The translations under genes were made by a program, and so were the position numbers. The notes beneath the pieces are model-generated. The model made no database searches and was not told the origin of the DNA. It saw only the letters and a program-made list of their open reading frames with translations. A stretch of DNA of 64,000 nucleotides from Mytilus edulis (taxonomy: Eukaryota): NCBI RefSeq assembly GCF_963676685.1, contig NC_092348.1, forward strand, positions 3,596,001 to 3,660,000, written 5' to 3'. This document shows positions 1 through 12,000 of this stretch, piece after piece (the first letter of the stretch is position 1; each line of letters begins with the position of its first letter).

Positions 1-145
1 TTCATGAATATGACCTACCGAATTAGACTATTTACCGGATTTGTAATCACTTAAGCAACACGACGGGTGCCACATGTGGAGCAGGATCTGCTTACCCTTC
101 CGGAGCACCTGAGATCACCCCTAGTTTTTGGTGGGGTTCGTGTTT
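1..145 (+). mobile_element. 3' tail fragment of Penelope-like retroelement family A
   Basis: Near-identical to 21895-22040 and 53495-53620, which directly follow a Penelope-like RT C-terminus. Confidence 0.65.
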
Positions 146-3100
146 TCTTCTATCAAAAATGTGCAATGCTTGATTAAGAGATTCCTCACTTTCATCCAGA
201 ATCAGAGAGGAGTCATCTGCATATTGACTTAGTAAAAACTCAGAGTCGTTTACTGTGACACCAGAAACAATTGGGTCATATTTAAAAGCTGCACTAAGTA
301 GTTCCAACACAAGGATGAAGAGATAAGGGGATAAAGGATCCCCTTGCCTAACCCCCCTAGCCAAATTTTAAAATTCTGATAAATGTCCATTATTTTTAAC
401 TGTACTGGTAATGTCTATAAAAACATTTTATCCATCTACAAAGTGTGGGACAAAACCCATAAAAATCTAAAGTTTTTTCAATAAAGGACCATTCGACCGT
501 GTCGAAGGCTTTTTCAAATCAACCAGTAATAATATTCCTGGAAAATCTTCTTCTTCTAGTTTATCTATCAGATCTGCAATAATTCTTACACATTCACCAA
601 TGTATCTTCCTTTTAAAAATCCTTTTTTTGTGTCTGACTTATACTATTTTGCAGTAGAGGTTTTAATCTCTTTGCTATGCAAGCAGATGCTAATTTATAG
701 TCAACACATAATAAAGTAATTGGACGCCAATTTTTTATGTAGTGTTTTTCTTTTCCCTCCTTTGGTAAACATACTATTAACCCTTGTCGCTGACTTACTG
801 AGAATTTTCCTTTTTCAAGGCTCTCATTCAGCAATTGACAAGTGGAAATTTTATGTCATTCCAGAAAAAATTATAGAATTCTACAGTAAAACCATCTATG
901 CCTGGTGACTTTAAATTTTTCATATTTTTAAGGGCAATACTGCATTCCTTTAAGGTAATTTGACCCTCACAGGAATTAATCTCTTCTCTGCTAGGTTTAT
1001 TTAAGAAAGGGTTATTTTCATTCATGAATGTGACATTCTCCTCATCCCCTGGGTTAGAACTTCTGTACAAAGTTTCATAAAATAATTTTTGTTCCCTAAG
1101 AATAGCATTTGGATCTTGAATAACTTGATTTCCTTCCAAAAGTAATTTTGATATAATTTTTTCTGTATAATGTTTTTTTTCAAGATCACAAAAGAAACGT
1201 GTATTCTTCTCCCCTTTAACTTGCCATTTTGCCTTTGCTCTTATTATAATTCCATTAATCTTGTCTTCTCTTTAAATTTTAAGTTCTGTTTCAACCTTTT
1301 CAATATCAAGTCTAATTCCATCTGAATTATTTAAAGCAAATAGGTGGTTTAATTTTTCTAATTTTCCAAAAAGCATATTCTCCATCTTGTCTTTTTCTTT
1401 TTTCTTGAATGAAGAGCAAGACATGGCTGTGCCTCTTATTTTCATTTTAATAGTTTCCCAAAGTAATTGATTATCAATTTTGTATGCTTTATCAAGGTTT
1501 TCAAGATCTTCATTTGGATCACATTCATATTCAGATATAACCTCTGTAATATCATGCTTGACTTTTATAATAAAATCAATATCCTTCAATAAACTATTGT
1601 TAAATATCCAAGTCCCTTTTCCCCTGATCTGATTAATAAATTTGAGGTCAATCCTCACTGGTGAGTGGTCAGATCTATAACTAATCCCAATATCTGATGT
1701 CACAACAAACGGCTCTAAGTCCGAAGAAATACAAAAATAATCAAGGCGTCCTTGTTTTTTGTTAGGGCTCCTCCAAGAATATCTTTTAACTGAAGGATTT
1801 TGTATCCTCCAAATATCTAATAAGTCTATAAATATGTTTAAACTAATAAGTCTAAATTATTCATCATTTCATTAATCTTAACTTGAGCTCTGGGATTCAT
1901 TTCAGTCTGATAGTTCAGAGTATCAAGACTATAATTTTGTACTACATTCCAGTCTCCAACAAATATAACTGAAGAATTTTCAAAAAGACAAATTTTGCTT
2001 TCCAATGAACGAAAAAGTTCAGGACAGTCCTCATTTGGACCATACAATGCTACAAGTGTTTGTCTATAATCTTGAACAGTAATATCTAAAATAATGAAAT
2101 TTCCATTGTTATCTATAATTTCATTATTTATTTTAAATTCAAAGGAATTCTTAAACAAGACTGCCACTCCTCTGCTCCTGTTTGAATAGCTACTAAATTT
2201 ACCTGTATATCCCCATTCTTGAAGCCATTTATTTTCATTTTCTAAACAACAGTGAGTATCAACCAACACTGCAATATCATAACGTTTCTTACAAATTGAA
2301 AAAAATATCTAATCTTTTTACCTTATTTGCTAATCCCCTACAGTTTACGGAACCTACAACTATGGATGCCATTGATATACATACACAAATTTTGTCAATA
2401 AAGTAATATCCACATATATTTCACTTTTATATTTGTTGCTGTCTGTCCCAAGTGATTTCTGGTATTAATTGTTCACCTCGTCTTTCTTCTAAGTTATGGA
2501 TCTTTATGTTTTTCTTACGGGAATATTGCTCATTCCAATTTGCCATACGAATCCCTTCTGTTACCCTTGTTTCTATTTGTTTTATCTTTTCTTTCATCTT
2601 TCTGAGTTCTGTATGCAGAGCTGCATTTTTCCCAGTAAATTTGCATTATCAAACTCTATGGAGTCCATTTTCCTGCCAACCATCTCAAATTTTTTTATCA
2701 TAACTCTCCTTCATCTTAACCCTTTAACTTTGTTTACCTCTTCAAGAATCTCTTTTTTTATTTCCGTTTTCCATTTATTTAGTAATTTCCCCATGATATT
2801 GGTGACAATTTCCTCAATGTCATCTTTTTTAACTATCTTATCCATGGATTTTTTTATGTCTTCTAATTCCCTCTCTATACATACAGAGTGATCTGAGCTA
2901 TCTGATATGCATGTACGTGGACGTTTATTAGGGTTAGATTTGTCACTTATATTTGTATTGTTCAAATCGAATACTGATTCAGTTGTATCCACTTTATCTG
3001 TAGGATTATCATTTGAGTTTTTCAATTTCCCCACAGACGCTTTGGACACAAAACTTGTAATTTGGGATTGTGACATCTTCGATAAGTCGAGTACACCCTA

Positions 3101-3311
3101 ACTGATTTGTAAACAATGTCTATTGCCAGGTGTGTACTGTTCAAAGGTCTTTTATTTCCCTACCTCCGTCTTCAAAACATATGAGTAACTATAGTTCATC
3201 TATACGAAGCACATTTATTACAGTTTAAACGACAAAAATATCTCTTTAAATGCAAAAATGGCACAATAAAGTGGGACCAATCTACCTGCGTCTGTTCATG
3301 GCCGCCATATT
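146..3311 (-). mobile_element. Degraded L1/Tx1-clade LINE (5' UTR, ORF1 remnant, APE endonuclease and partial RT); 3' part missing
   Basis: ORF2 starts at 2372 (MASIVVGSVNCRGL); APE motifs LYGPN, GDWN, SDHSPV; RT motifs KSPGIDG, NWRPITLLCVDYK, GVRQGDPLSPYLF, SQYADD; many stops and frameshifts; coiled-coil-like ORF1 at 3076-2450; ATGGCGG near the 5' end (about 3310). Confidence 0.9.
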
Positions 3312-4036
3312 ATCATTATATACTAACACAATGTTAACATTCTTGTAATTGATTGTAATCTCGATTTATATCCAATTTTCAAAAATTTCCCTGTGACGTC
3401 ACGTTTTGTGGTATTGGTACGTTCGTGTGATAGACACACAGTTCATAATTATATTATGCTGTTTTTGTGTACAGTCCTTAATTAATTTTAGTTATTCGAT
3501 AGTATTCTGTTAACATGTTGAAATGTACTATTATATTATATATTATTTATTTATGTATTTCTCTGTCCTGACCTTACTTGCATTTATTTGTACTGTATTC
3601 CCGTCATGTACTGTTGTCATTTAAGCGGTATATTTAGCATTGTCATAAAGCGCGAAGTTTGGCTAGCCACAAAACCAGGTTCAACCAATCCTATGTTCTT
3701 AACATTTCCTTTACAAAGTCAGGAATACGGCAGTTTTTATCTAATAGATCGTTTCTATGAATAATGCATTGTTGTTTTTTTTTTTGTTGCACTCCAGTGT
3801 TTCTGTTGTTTGTTTTTGTTGCACTTTAATGCTTCTGTTGTTTCGTTGTATTCCTGTTATAATTAATGTGTTTCCCTCTGTTTAAGCTTATAACCCGGAT
3901 TTGTTTTCTTTCAATCAATTTATGAATTTTGAACGGCGATATACTACTGTTGGCTTTATATACCTTCATCAGAAACGCTCAAAGCTAAATATGTAAAAGC
4001 CAAAGATTTATAAGAACTGACACAATTTCATAGCTA

Positions 4037-5088
4037 CTAGAACACACCCGCGAAATCGCGGGCATTCAGAGCGTAGTTTAAAGTATGTAAAGTGTTGTTG
4101 GAAGAATTTTGTGAAATATTGAATGACTGGAGAATTTCAGGAAAATTTTCATAAATCATAGGTAATTGTGGACAGGAAAATGTTATTTTTAATCCTTTCT
4201 CCTTTATTTCCAAAATTCACAATGTGTGGTTTTCTATCAATTCAATATGAATATACATTTAGTATGTTATGAACATTTAAGTAAGGAGCCTGTACTTCAG
4301 TGGTTGTCGTTTGTTTATGCGTTACATATTTGTTTTTCGTTCATTTTTTGTACATAAATAAGGCCGCTAGTTTTCTCGTTTTAATTGTTTTACATTTTCA
4401 TTTCGATGCCTTTTAAAGCTGAGTATGCGGTATGGTCTTTGCTTGTTGTTGAAGGCCGTACGATGACCTATAGTTGTTAATTTCTGTGTCATTTTGGTCT
4501 CTTGTGGAGAGTTGTCAACATGGCAATCATACCACATCTTCTTTTTTTTGTAATCAATGAATTTTGTAAAAGATTTAATGACTGGAGAATTTCAGAAAAG
4601 GTATCAAAAGTGCACATGAATAATAAATTTAGCGCTTATCTGTATATTATGAACATTCACTATATAAATAAAGTGTATTTACTTTCAATTATAAGTTTTC
4701 TAATCGATCCATGGTGGTCATTGATATAGTATACAGACCCTCTCTATTTAATAAACTCTGTGACCACCGTGGATAGTAAACTTGAAAATGATAGCAGATA
4801 GAATTCTGAAAATACAATTTATTCGTAGTATATGTATATTCAAAGTATACAGAAAAACGCAAGCCGGAAGTATAATCTGACTTAAAATTTTGTCCAATGA
4901 CGGGAAAATATCCGGATGCCCTATTTCTCGATTTTCTCCCAAAATAACTCAATCTGAATAATCATATGAATGGATGTCAAATGCGACTATGCACTGTACC
5001 TATAGGACACAGAGGCGTGTTGATTAATTTATTGTGGAAAGAAGAGAAGCGACACCCAAAATGAGGTCTTCTCGTTTAATAGTATAGA
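4037..5088 (-). mobile_element. Non-autonomous Helitron with a nested repeat at about 4281-4549
   Basis: On the minus strand it starts TCTATACTATTAAA (5088) and ends CTAG (4037), with a GC hairpin CCCGCGA-AA-TCGCGGG at 4047-4062; inserted between host A and T. Confidence 0.85.
4281..4549 (-). repeat. High-copy interspersed repeat (AGAAGATGTGGTATGATTGCCAATGAGACAACTCTC family)
   Basis: Similar copies at about 7344, 34312-34530, 39738-40060, 40130-40295, 47945-48105 and 57080-57260. Confidence 0.75.
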
Positions 5089-5557
5089 TGTGACAAAAAA
5101 TAACCTTTTAAATAACTAAAATGCATCCAAGGCCAACTTTGCCTGAGGGAGTTGAAACCTTATTTTGAACTTGGTTTAATGGGAAGACAAACCTCCTGCT
5201 TATATGGCAGTATTAAAAAAATCGTTAAAATAACAACACTACAGCATAAACAAACGCAAGAACACTCAAAGAGAAACGCACAAATAAATAATATAATAAT
5301 TGTTACAACATATAAACCAAAGAAAAACAACGAACATCTTCAATTAACAACGACAGCAAAAGACATCACAAACAGTGACGTATTTTTGTAACGAATATAC
5401 AATCCCGAAATTAATACCATTGTTTTCACAATACTTATCCAATCAATTATCATGATTATGGACTAACACAATACTTTATCCATTGAAAATGGAAATTAAC
5501 TCAACTATTCCGAAACAAAAACCAAACAATTCTAATTTGATATATTTAGGTCAACTC

Positions 5558-6430
5558 CACAGGCACTTGTCTCAGAATTTTTTTCCCATATACCTTAATA
5601 TAACACAAGGTACTTAATTTGCATTTTCGAAAAATGTCAGGCGGTGACGAAATTCCGTTGTATTCCGCTTGTCAACCCCACAAAAACTTTGTAATATCGT
5701 AAATCTAAATTGATTTATCTTTACAATGGTGTATAAAACGCCTACATTTGTTGTTGGAATCACCCGTAGCAATCCTACCCAAGTATGTCAATCGTAATAA
5801 TTTTTCCAACCGCTGTAAATTTGGCAATAAACGTCTCGCAGTAAATGATTAATTATTAAAACTGTTTAGGAAAAAACTGTTATGTTTTGTCTGAATAGAA
5901 CTTATCACCCAGATAGTAAACTTTTATAAGATACCGTGAAAAAAACCTAACAAGTCTTATTTGTGGTATGTCTAATAAGTTACGAGTTTCCTTTTTTAGA
6001 TTCAAATTTTCCCGTGACGTCAATGTCATTCAGACTCTCTCTTGACTTTACGTATGAAAATGAAACAAGATCAGATAACTCCGAGAATCATTTGACTTTC
6101 CCATTAAATTCACCAATCGGCAACCGAGATATAAGTAGACGTGACGCGTTTATAGCCAAATCATCAGTGGTTGGCAAACTTATTACGATTGAAATACTTG
6201 GGTAGGATTTGCTACGAATGATTCTGACAACAAATGTAGGCATGTTATGCACCATTGTAAAGATAAATTAATTTAGATTTACGCTATAACAAGTGTTAGC
6301 GGGGTTGACAGCCCAGAAAGCGGCATACAACGGAATTTCGTCACCGTCTGACATTTTTCGAAAATGCAAGTTAAGTACCTTGTGTTATATTAAGGTATAT
6401 AGGAAAAAAATTCTGAGACAAGTGCCTGTG
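5558..6430. mobile_element. Non-autonomous foldback-type DNA transposon (hAT- or P-like) with about 285-bp inverted repeats
   Basis: Termini CACAGGCACTTGTCTCAGAATTTTTT / AAAAAATTCTGAGACAAGTGCCTGTG; arms align over about 5558-5840 and 6145-6430; 8-bp target duplication GTCAACTC (5550-5557) / GTCAAATC (6431-6438). Confidence 0.85.
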
Positions 6431-6630
6431 GTCAAATCACAGCTTTCAATAATATGCAGATTTCTAAGCGATATGCCAATCGCTAAAACAGACCCGTCTT
6501 TGTATTCCGTTTAAACCAAAATTAAACGAAATAACAAATATCACTGCAATTAACTGAAAAAAATCACTTCTACAATTAGTTGTTCTTAGTTTCTTAAACA
6601 TTTCACCCATGTCAGCTAAATAATTTTTAG

Positions 6631-6820
6631 GCTATTAGTAGATTAGGTAGTCAGCATATGAAGCAGGAGTGTGACACTTTGAGAACCAAAACTCTTGACC
6701 AAAGTAATCGGGAGATAATGCTAGACATCAAGAATGCATATGATGAAATAAGAGAGTTAAAACATTCAGTAGAGATATTGAAAAAATCAAGTGAAGATAC
6801 AGTACCTTGGAATGTTAGAG
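6631..6820 (+). CDS. NLR-like gene copy 1: coding exon (HEPN C-terminal helix and coiled coil)
   Basis: AG acceptor at 6629-6630, GTAAGT donor at 6821; 190 bp reading AISRLGSQHMKQECDTLRTKTLDQ...DTVPWNVR; same length and phase as paralogous exon 57991-58180; splices in frame to 9058. Confidence 0.9.
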
Positions 6821-7515
6821 GTAAGTCTATTTGGTAAAAAATGCATAATGATTTGGTTCGATAGCATGTTATATTTGAAACTTTTGGAAATGATTATTGG
6901 CGGTATTTAAGGTTAAAGGTTAAGATTTCGAGGCTATGGTTCATATAAAAAATAATTAAACCAAACACTAGGATGTGTATATCAAATACTAGTTAAAAAA
7001 ACAGATAGTTTGAATAAGAAACATTCTTTAGTTGTATTTACCTCCTATCGGCCTTTTTCAAAAGTTTAAAAGTGAATCAACACAAGTGCAACAACAGTAA
7101 CTCCATGAAATAAAAAAAAACCATACACACAGAACATCATATGGTTTTAAATGAAAGACAAGCTAATATGCAAGATGTGATTTCCCCAATAATTAAATCA
7201 ACAAGATATTGAACAGCGATTATCAAAAATCTGTCATCATATTTCCTCGAGAACATAAAACATTTAAATGTAACTTGAGACCCGACTTTCACGTTGAATA
7301 AATGGCTATTGAACACCTAAGATCTACAACAGTTACTAGACATAAGAAGATGATGTATGATTGCTAATGAGACAACTCTCTTTAAAAGTCACTATTTGTA
7401 AAGGTATACTATAAACATTATAAGTACGATCTTCAACACGGAGCCTTGGTTCACACCAAACAGTAATCTAAAACAAAACGGACCAAAAATGCCTGTGTAA
7501 AACGAGAAACAAGAA

Positions 7516-7667
7516 TCACTTATGAACCACATCAACAAACGACAACCACTGAACACCTGGTTACTCACTTATGAACCACATCATCAAACGACAACCACTG
7601 AACACCTGGTTACTCACTTATGAACCACATCAACAAACGGCAACCACTGAACACCTGGTTACTCACT
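7516..7667 (+). repeat. 49-bp tandem repeat, about 3 copies
   Basis: TCACTTATGAACCACATCAACAAACGACAACCACTGAACACCTGGTTAC units start at 7516, 7565 and 7614. Confidence 0.9.
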
Positions 7668-9057
7668 AAGGACAGGTGCAGACAAATGCAGCGGGTTTAA
7701 TCGTTTTAATATGGGTTAAATCCTTCACCCTTACATGAAACAAAAGTGTACATCACAACACAGAAAGACACACTATAAAGTATAAATTGAAATGGCTTAA
7801 CTCAATCAAATGCCAAGTTAACAAAACCAAGTGAACATACACTATACGAATAAATTTGGTCTAAGACACAATGTTAATACAAAATCAAGAAAATAAGGGA
7901 TGATATGTTAAAACATATCAGAAAACAACCATTATCTTGGACAAAGTGTCGCCGATTGAAATATTGTACACAGGTAAAAGAAAATAATTTTGTTGTAAGG
8001 TATACAGTAATGGAGTTCTGAAATATTTTTTACAAAATAAATGACTCTGTTGTTCAAATTACGAGAACAGAAGTGAAAATTTAGTCATACCAAACAATTA
8101 TAAAAGCTGGTATACATAAAAAATGAAGAGACGAGATATAAAACAAAAAAAGTAAACATAAAGGGAAAACATCATTACAAATTGTATCAAGAGGTCAAAT
8201 TATAACAAAAGTACAGTTTGGAAGTACTCGGAGTTACTCAAAGCTAGGTAAAAGCAACAAAAAAACACGATTAATAATAAAAGATCATGTATCAGAGACT
8301 AAAATTAACTAAACACATCCCAGGGATTTAGTATTTTAACGAATTTCTACTTCGTCGACTTCGCCTTTATTTTTATTGTTGCATATAATACCAGTTCTAT
8401 ATGTACAATTTGTTTGATAAAGAAAAAAAGTACAAAAACCTTTACTTTTTCTTTACATAGAAATTTTTACCTGACAAAAGCAATATCACATTAACTGGTA
8501 GTAAATTCAAATGTATTCACTTACAAAATACTCTCAGAGGCTTTATTGACTTAAAAATATTAACTACTTAATAACGAATTTGAATTGGGGAATCTGACTG
8601 ACCTTGGCATAGATCCTACACAGTTTCCTTTTTATCTTCCTACATAAGTAGTATAACATTAACACACCATAAGAGAAAATACTGTGATAAAAATGCAAAA
8701 TTGAATTACCAAACTTATCTCGTAATGCAAATTTCTATTTCGAAACAGGAAATATGTGTAAACTTTTTTCATTTACACTTCTTCTTTTTTATCAAATTTA
8801 GCGTACAATTTTACACAATCACACGATATGCAAGTTTTATTCTCTATCCTGCTGACCATGTTTCACATGTAATAGTAAGTTTCATAGCAATAAATTTTCT
8901 TTAAAAACAAATGGCTAACATGTATCTTGCATTATGCATAAGAGGAGTAAAAGATAAATGTCAGTAAAAGGATATTCCATTTTTTACAGAGGGGAAAGAT
9001 TGAGTTATAAAAATAAAATTTAAACTTGATTATGTTAAAGTTTTTATCGTGTTTTAG

Positions 9058-12000
9058 CACAAATAAAGCAGATACTTGAAGAATGGAAGACAAATGATCA
9101 GATGTATATAAACACCAACGGGGCAGAATATGCATTGAAATGTGTTAAGGAGAAGAGTTGTGTAACTATAACAGCAAGTTCTGGAGTAGGGAAGACAGCT
9201 ACTCTCCGACATGTAGCTTTACAGATGGCAGATGAAGGATACGATGTTCTCTTCGTGAATGAACCAGGTGAAATTGTCAGGTTTTACAATCCAAAGCAGA
9301 AAACATTGTTTGTGATAGATGATTTATGTGGAAACTATTCGTTAAGCCAAATTGACATGAAAAGGTGGGAACCTGTGATGGAACGTTTAGAGAATATTCT
9401 CCAAAAACAAGAGACAAAGATCATTGTCGCATGTCGATTGCAGGTATACCAGGATAACAAGTTTGAATCTTTATCGTTATTTAAGTCATGTGTCTGTAAC
9501 CTGTTATCAGAACTTTTGCGTTTGTCAAAGACTGAAAAACAATTAATAGCTGAGTTATATCTTGGAACAAAAGCTCCACAAGTTATTGGTTATTATGATT
9601 ATCATGATTGTTTTCCCCTTATATGTAAATTGTACAATGACAAATCTGATATGAATATTACAAACTTTTTTCAAAATCCATTTTCAGTTTACGAAGAAGA
9701 GATTGAGAAGCTATCAAAAAAGGGGTACTATGCAAAATATGGTGCTTTGGCTTTATGTGTCATGTTTAACAACAGAATAAATGAAGAAATATTGATAGAC
9801 GATATAGACGACGACACAACATCCGTCATCGAACACACATGTGAGGCATGTAGACTTGACAAAGGGACATCAAGACTTATCTTGAAAGATGAACTCGATT
9901 CATTAATACATACGTATATCAAAAAAGAACAAAATATCTATAAAAGTATACATGACAAAGTATTTGACTTTCTTACTTTTCATTTCGGACAGAAAATAAT
10001 CCAGTGTTTAATTAAGTATGCACATAAGAGGTTGATCTGTGAAAGATTTATATTAGAAAAACAAGATTCTGACCAGTTTATAATAGTTGTGCCTCCTAAG
10101 TTTCATCAAATGTACATACAAAGGTTGATTAACGACTGGTCAAAGGGAATAGTAAATGAAGTATTTTGTAATACCAATATGAATAGTTCACAGTTTAGGA
10201 AAAGATTTTTATGTTTTGTGAATGACCTGGATATATCCTACCAGAGACAATTAGCACATACCTGTGATGTGGAAAACCAAGATACAGCACTGTTACTATC
10301 TTGTTTTGATGGTGATATTCCTATGATTCAATGGTGTTTTAAACATAATGTTGATTGTAATCTATATAGAAATGATGAAACAACTCCTATGGAGATAGCT
10401 GTCCAACAAGGACATACAGAAATAGTACGGGTGTTGTTAGACAGAGGAGTACATTATGATAAATGTAACAATGATGGTTTTTCACCTCTGATGACTGCTT
10501 GTAGCAATGGTTATACAGATATAGTCAATGTTTTGTTAGAAAAAGGAGCAGATTATAACAAATGTCACAATAATGGTTGGTCTCCTGTAACGATGGCCTG
10601 TGGAAATGGGCATTCAAAAATAGTAAAATTGTTTATAGACCATGGCGTTGATTATAACGAATTTGACATAAACCATTCTTCACCCCTAATGATTGCTTGT
10701 GACAATGGACACACAGAAATAGTACGGATGTTGTTAGCTACAGGTGTGGAGTATGTCAAATGCAATATTTATAATTGGTCACCTCTCATGTCTGCCTGTA
10801 AACTTGGATATACTGAAATAGTTGGGATGTTGTTAGAGCAAAGAATAGATTATGATAAATGTAACGAAAGTGATTGGTCACCTATTATGTTTGCTTGTGA
10901 AAACGGACACACAGAAATTGTACAGATGTTGCTTGACAAAGGAGCAGATTATGATAGATGTAACAATAATGAAAGTTCGCCTTTAATGTATGCTTGTAAA
11001 AATGGACATACAGACATAGTAAGGATGTTGTTAGATAAAGGAGCTGATTATGAAAAATGTGATAGAGATTCATTGTCACCATTAATGTTTGCCTGTAACA
11101 AAGATCACATAGAAATAGCTCGGATGTTTTCAGAGAGAACAGCGAGTTATGATATAAGTGGTTGGTCACTTTTAATGTATGCTTGCGACAAAGGACATAC
11201 AGAAATTGTAATGATGCTGTTGGACAAAGGAGCAGATTTTGATAAATGTAACAAAGATGGTAGTTCCCCTTTAATGTTTGCCTGTAGAAATGGACATACA
11301 GAAATAGTAAGAATGTTGTTGGATAGAGGAGCAGAATATGATAGATGTAACAATAATGCAAGCTCGCCTTTAATGTTTGCTTGTAAAACTGGAGATGCCG
11401 AAATAGTAAGGATGTTGTTAGATAAAGGATCAGATTTTAATAATTGTGATAAACATGAGAGGTCACCTGTAATGTTTGCCTGTGATAATGGATTAACGAC
11501 AATAGTAAGGATGTTGTTAGATAGAGGAGCAGATTATGAAAAATGTGATAAAGATGGTTGGACACCATTAATGTTTGCCTGTAACAAAGAACACATAGAA
11601 ATAGCTCGGATTTTGTTAGACAGAAGAGCGAATTATGATAAAAGTGACAAATGTGGTTGGTCACATTTAATGTATGCTTGCGACAAAGGACATACAGAAA
11701 TTGTAGTGATGCTGTTGGACAAAGGAGCAGATTGTGATAAATGTAACAAAGATGGTAGTTCACCGTTAATGTTTGCCTGTAAAAATGGACATACAGATAT
11801 AGTAAGGTTGTTGTTGGAAGGAGGAGCAAATTATGATAAATGTAACAATGATGAACAGACACCTTTAATGTGGGCTTGTAAAAAAAGATATACAGAAATA
11901 GTTAAAATGTTATTAGACAAGGGAGTAGATAATAATAAATGTAACAATGATGGACAGTCACCTTTTATGTGGGCTTGTAAAAAAGGATTTACAGAAATAG

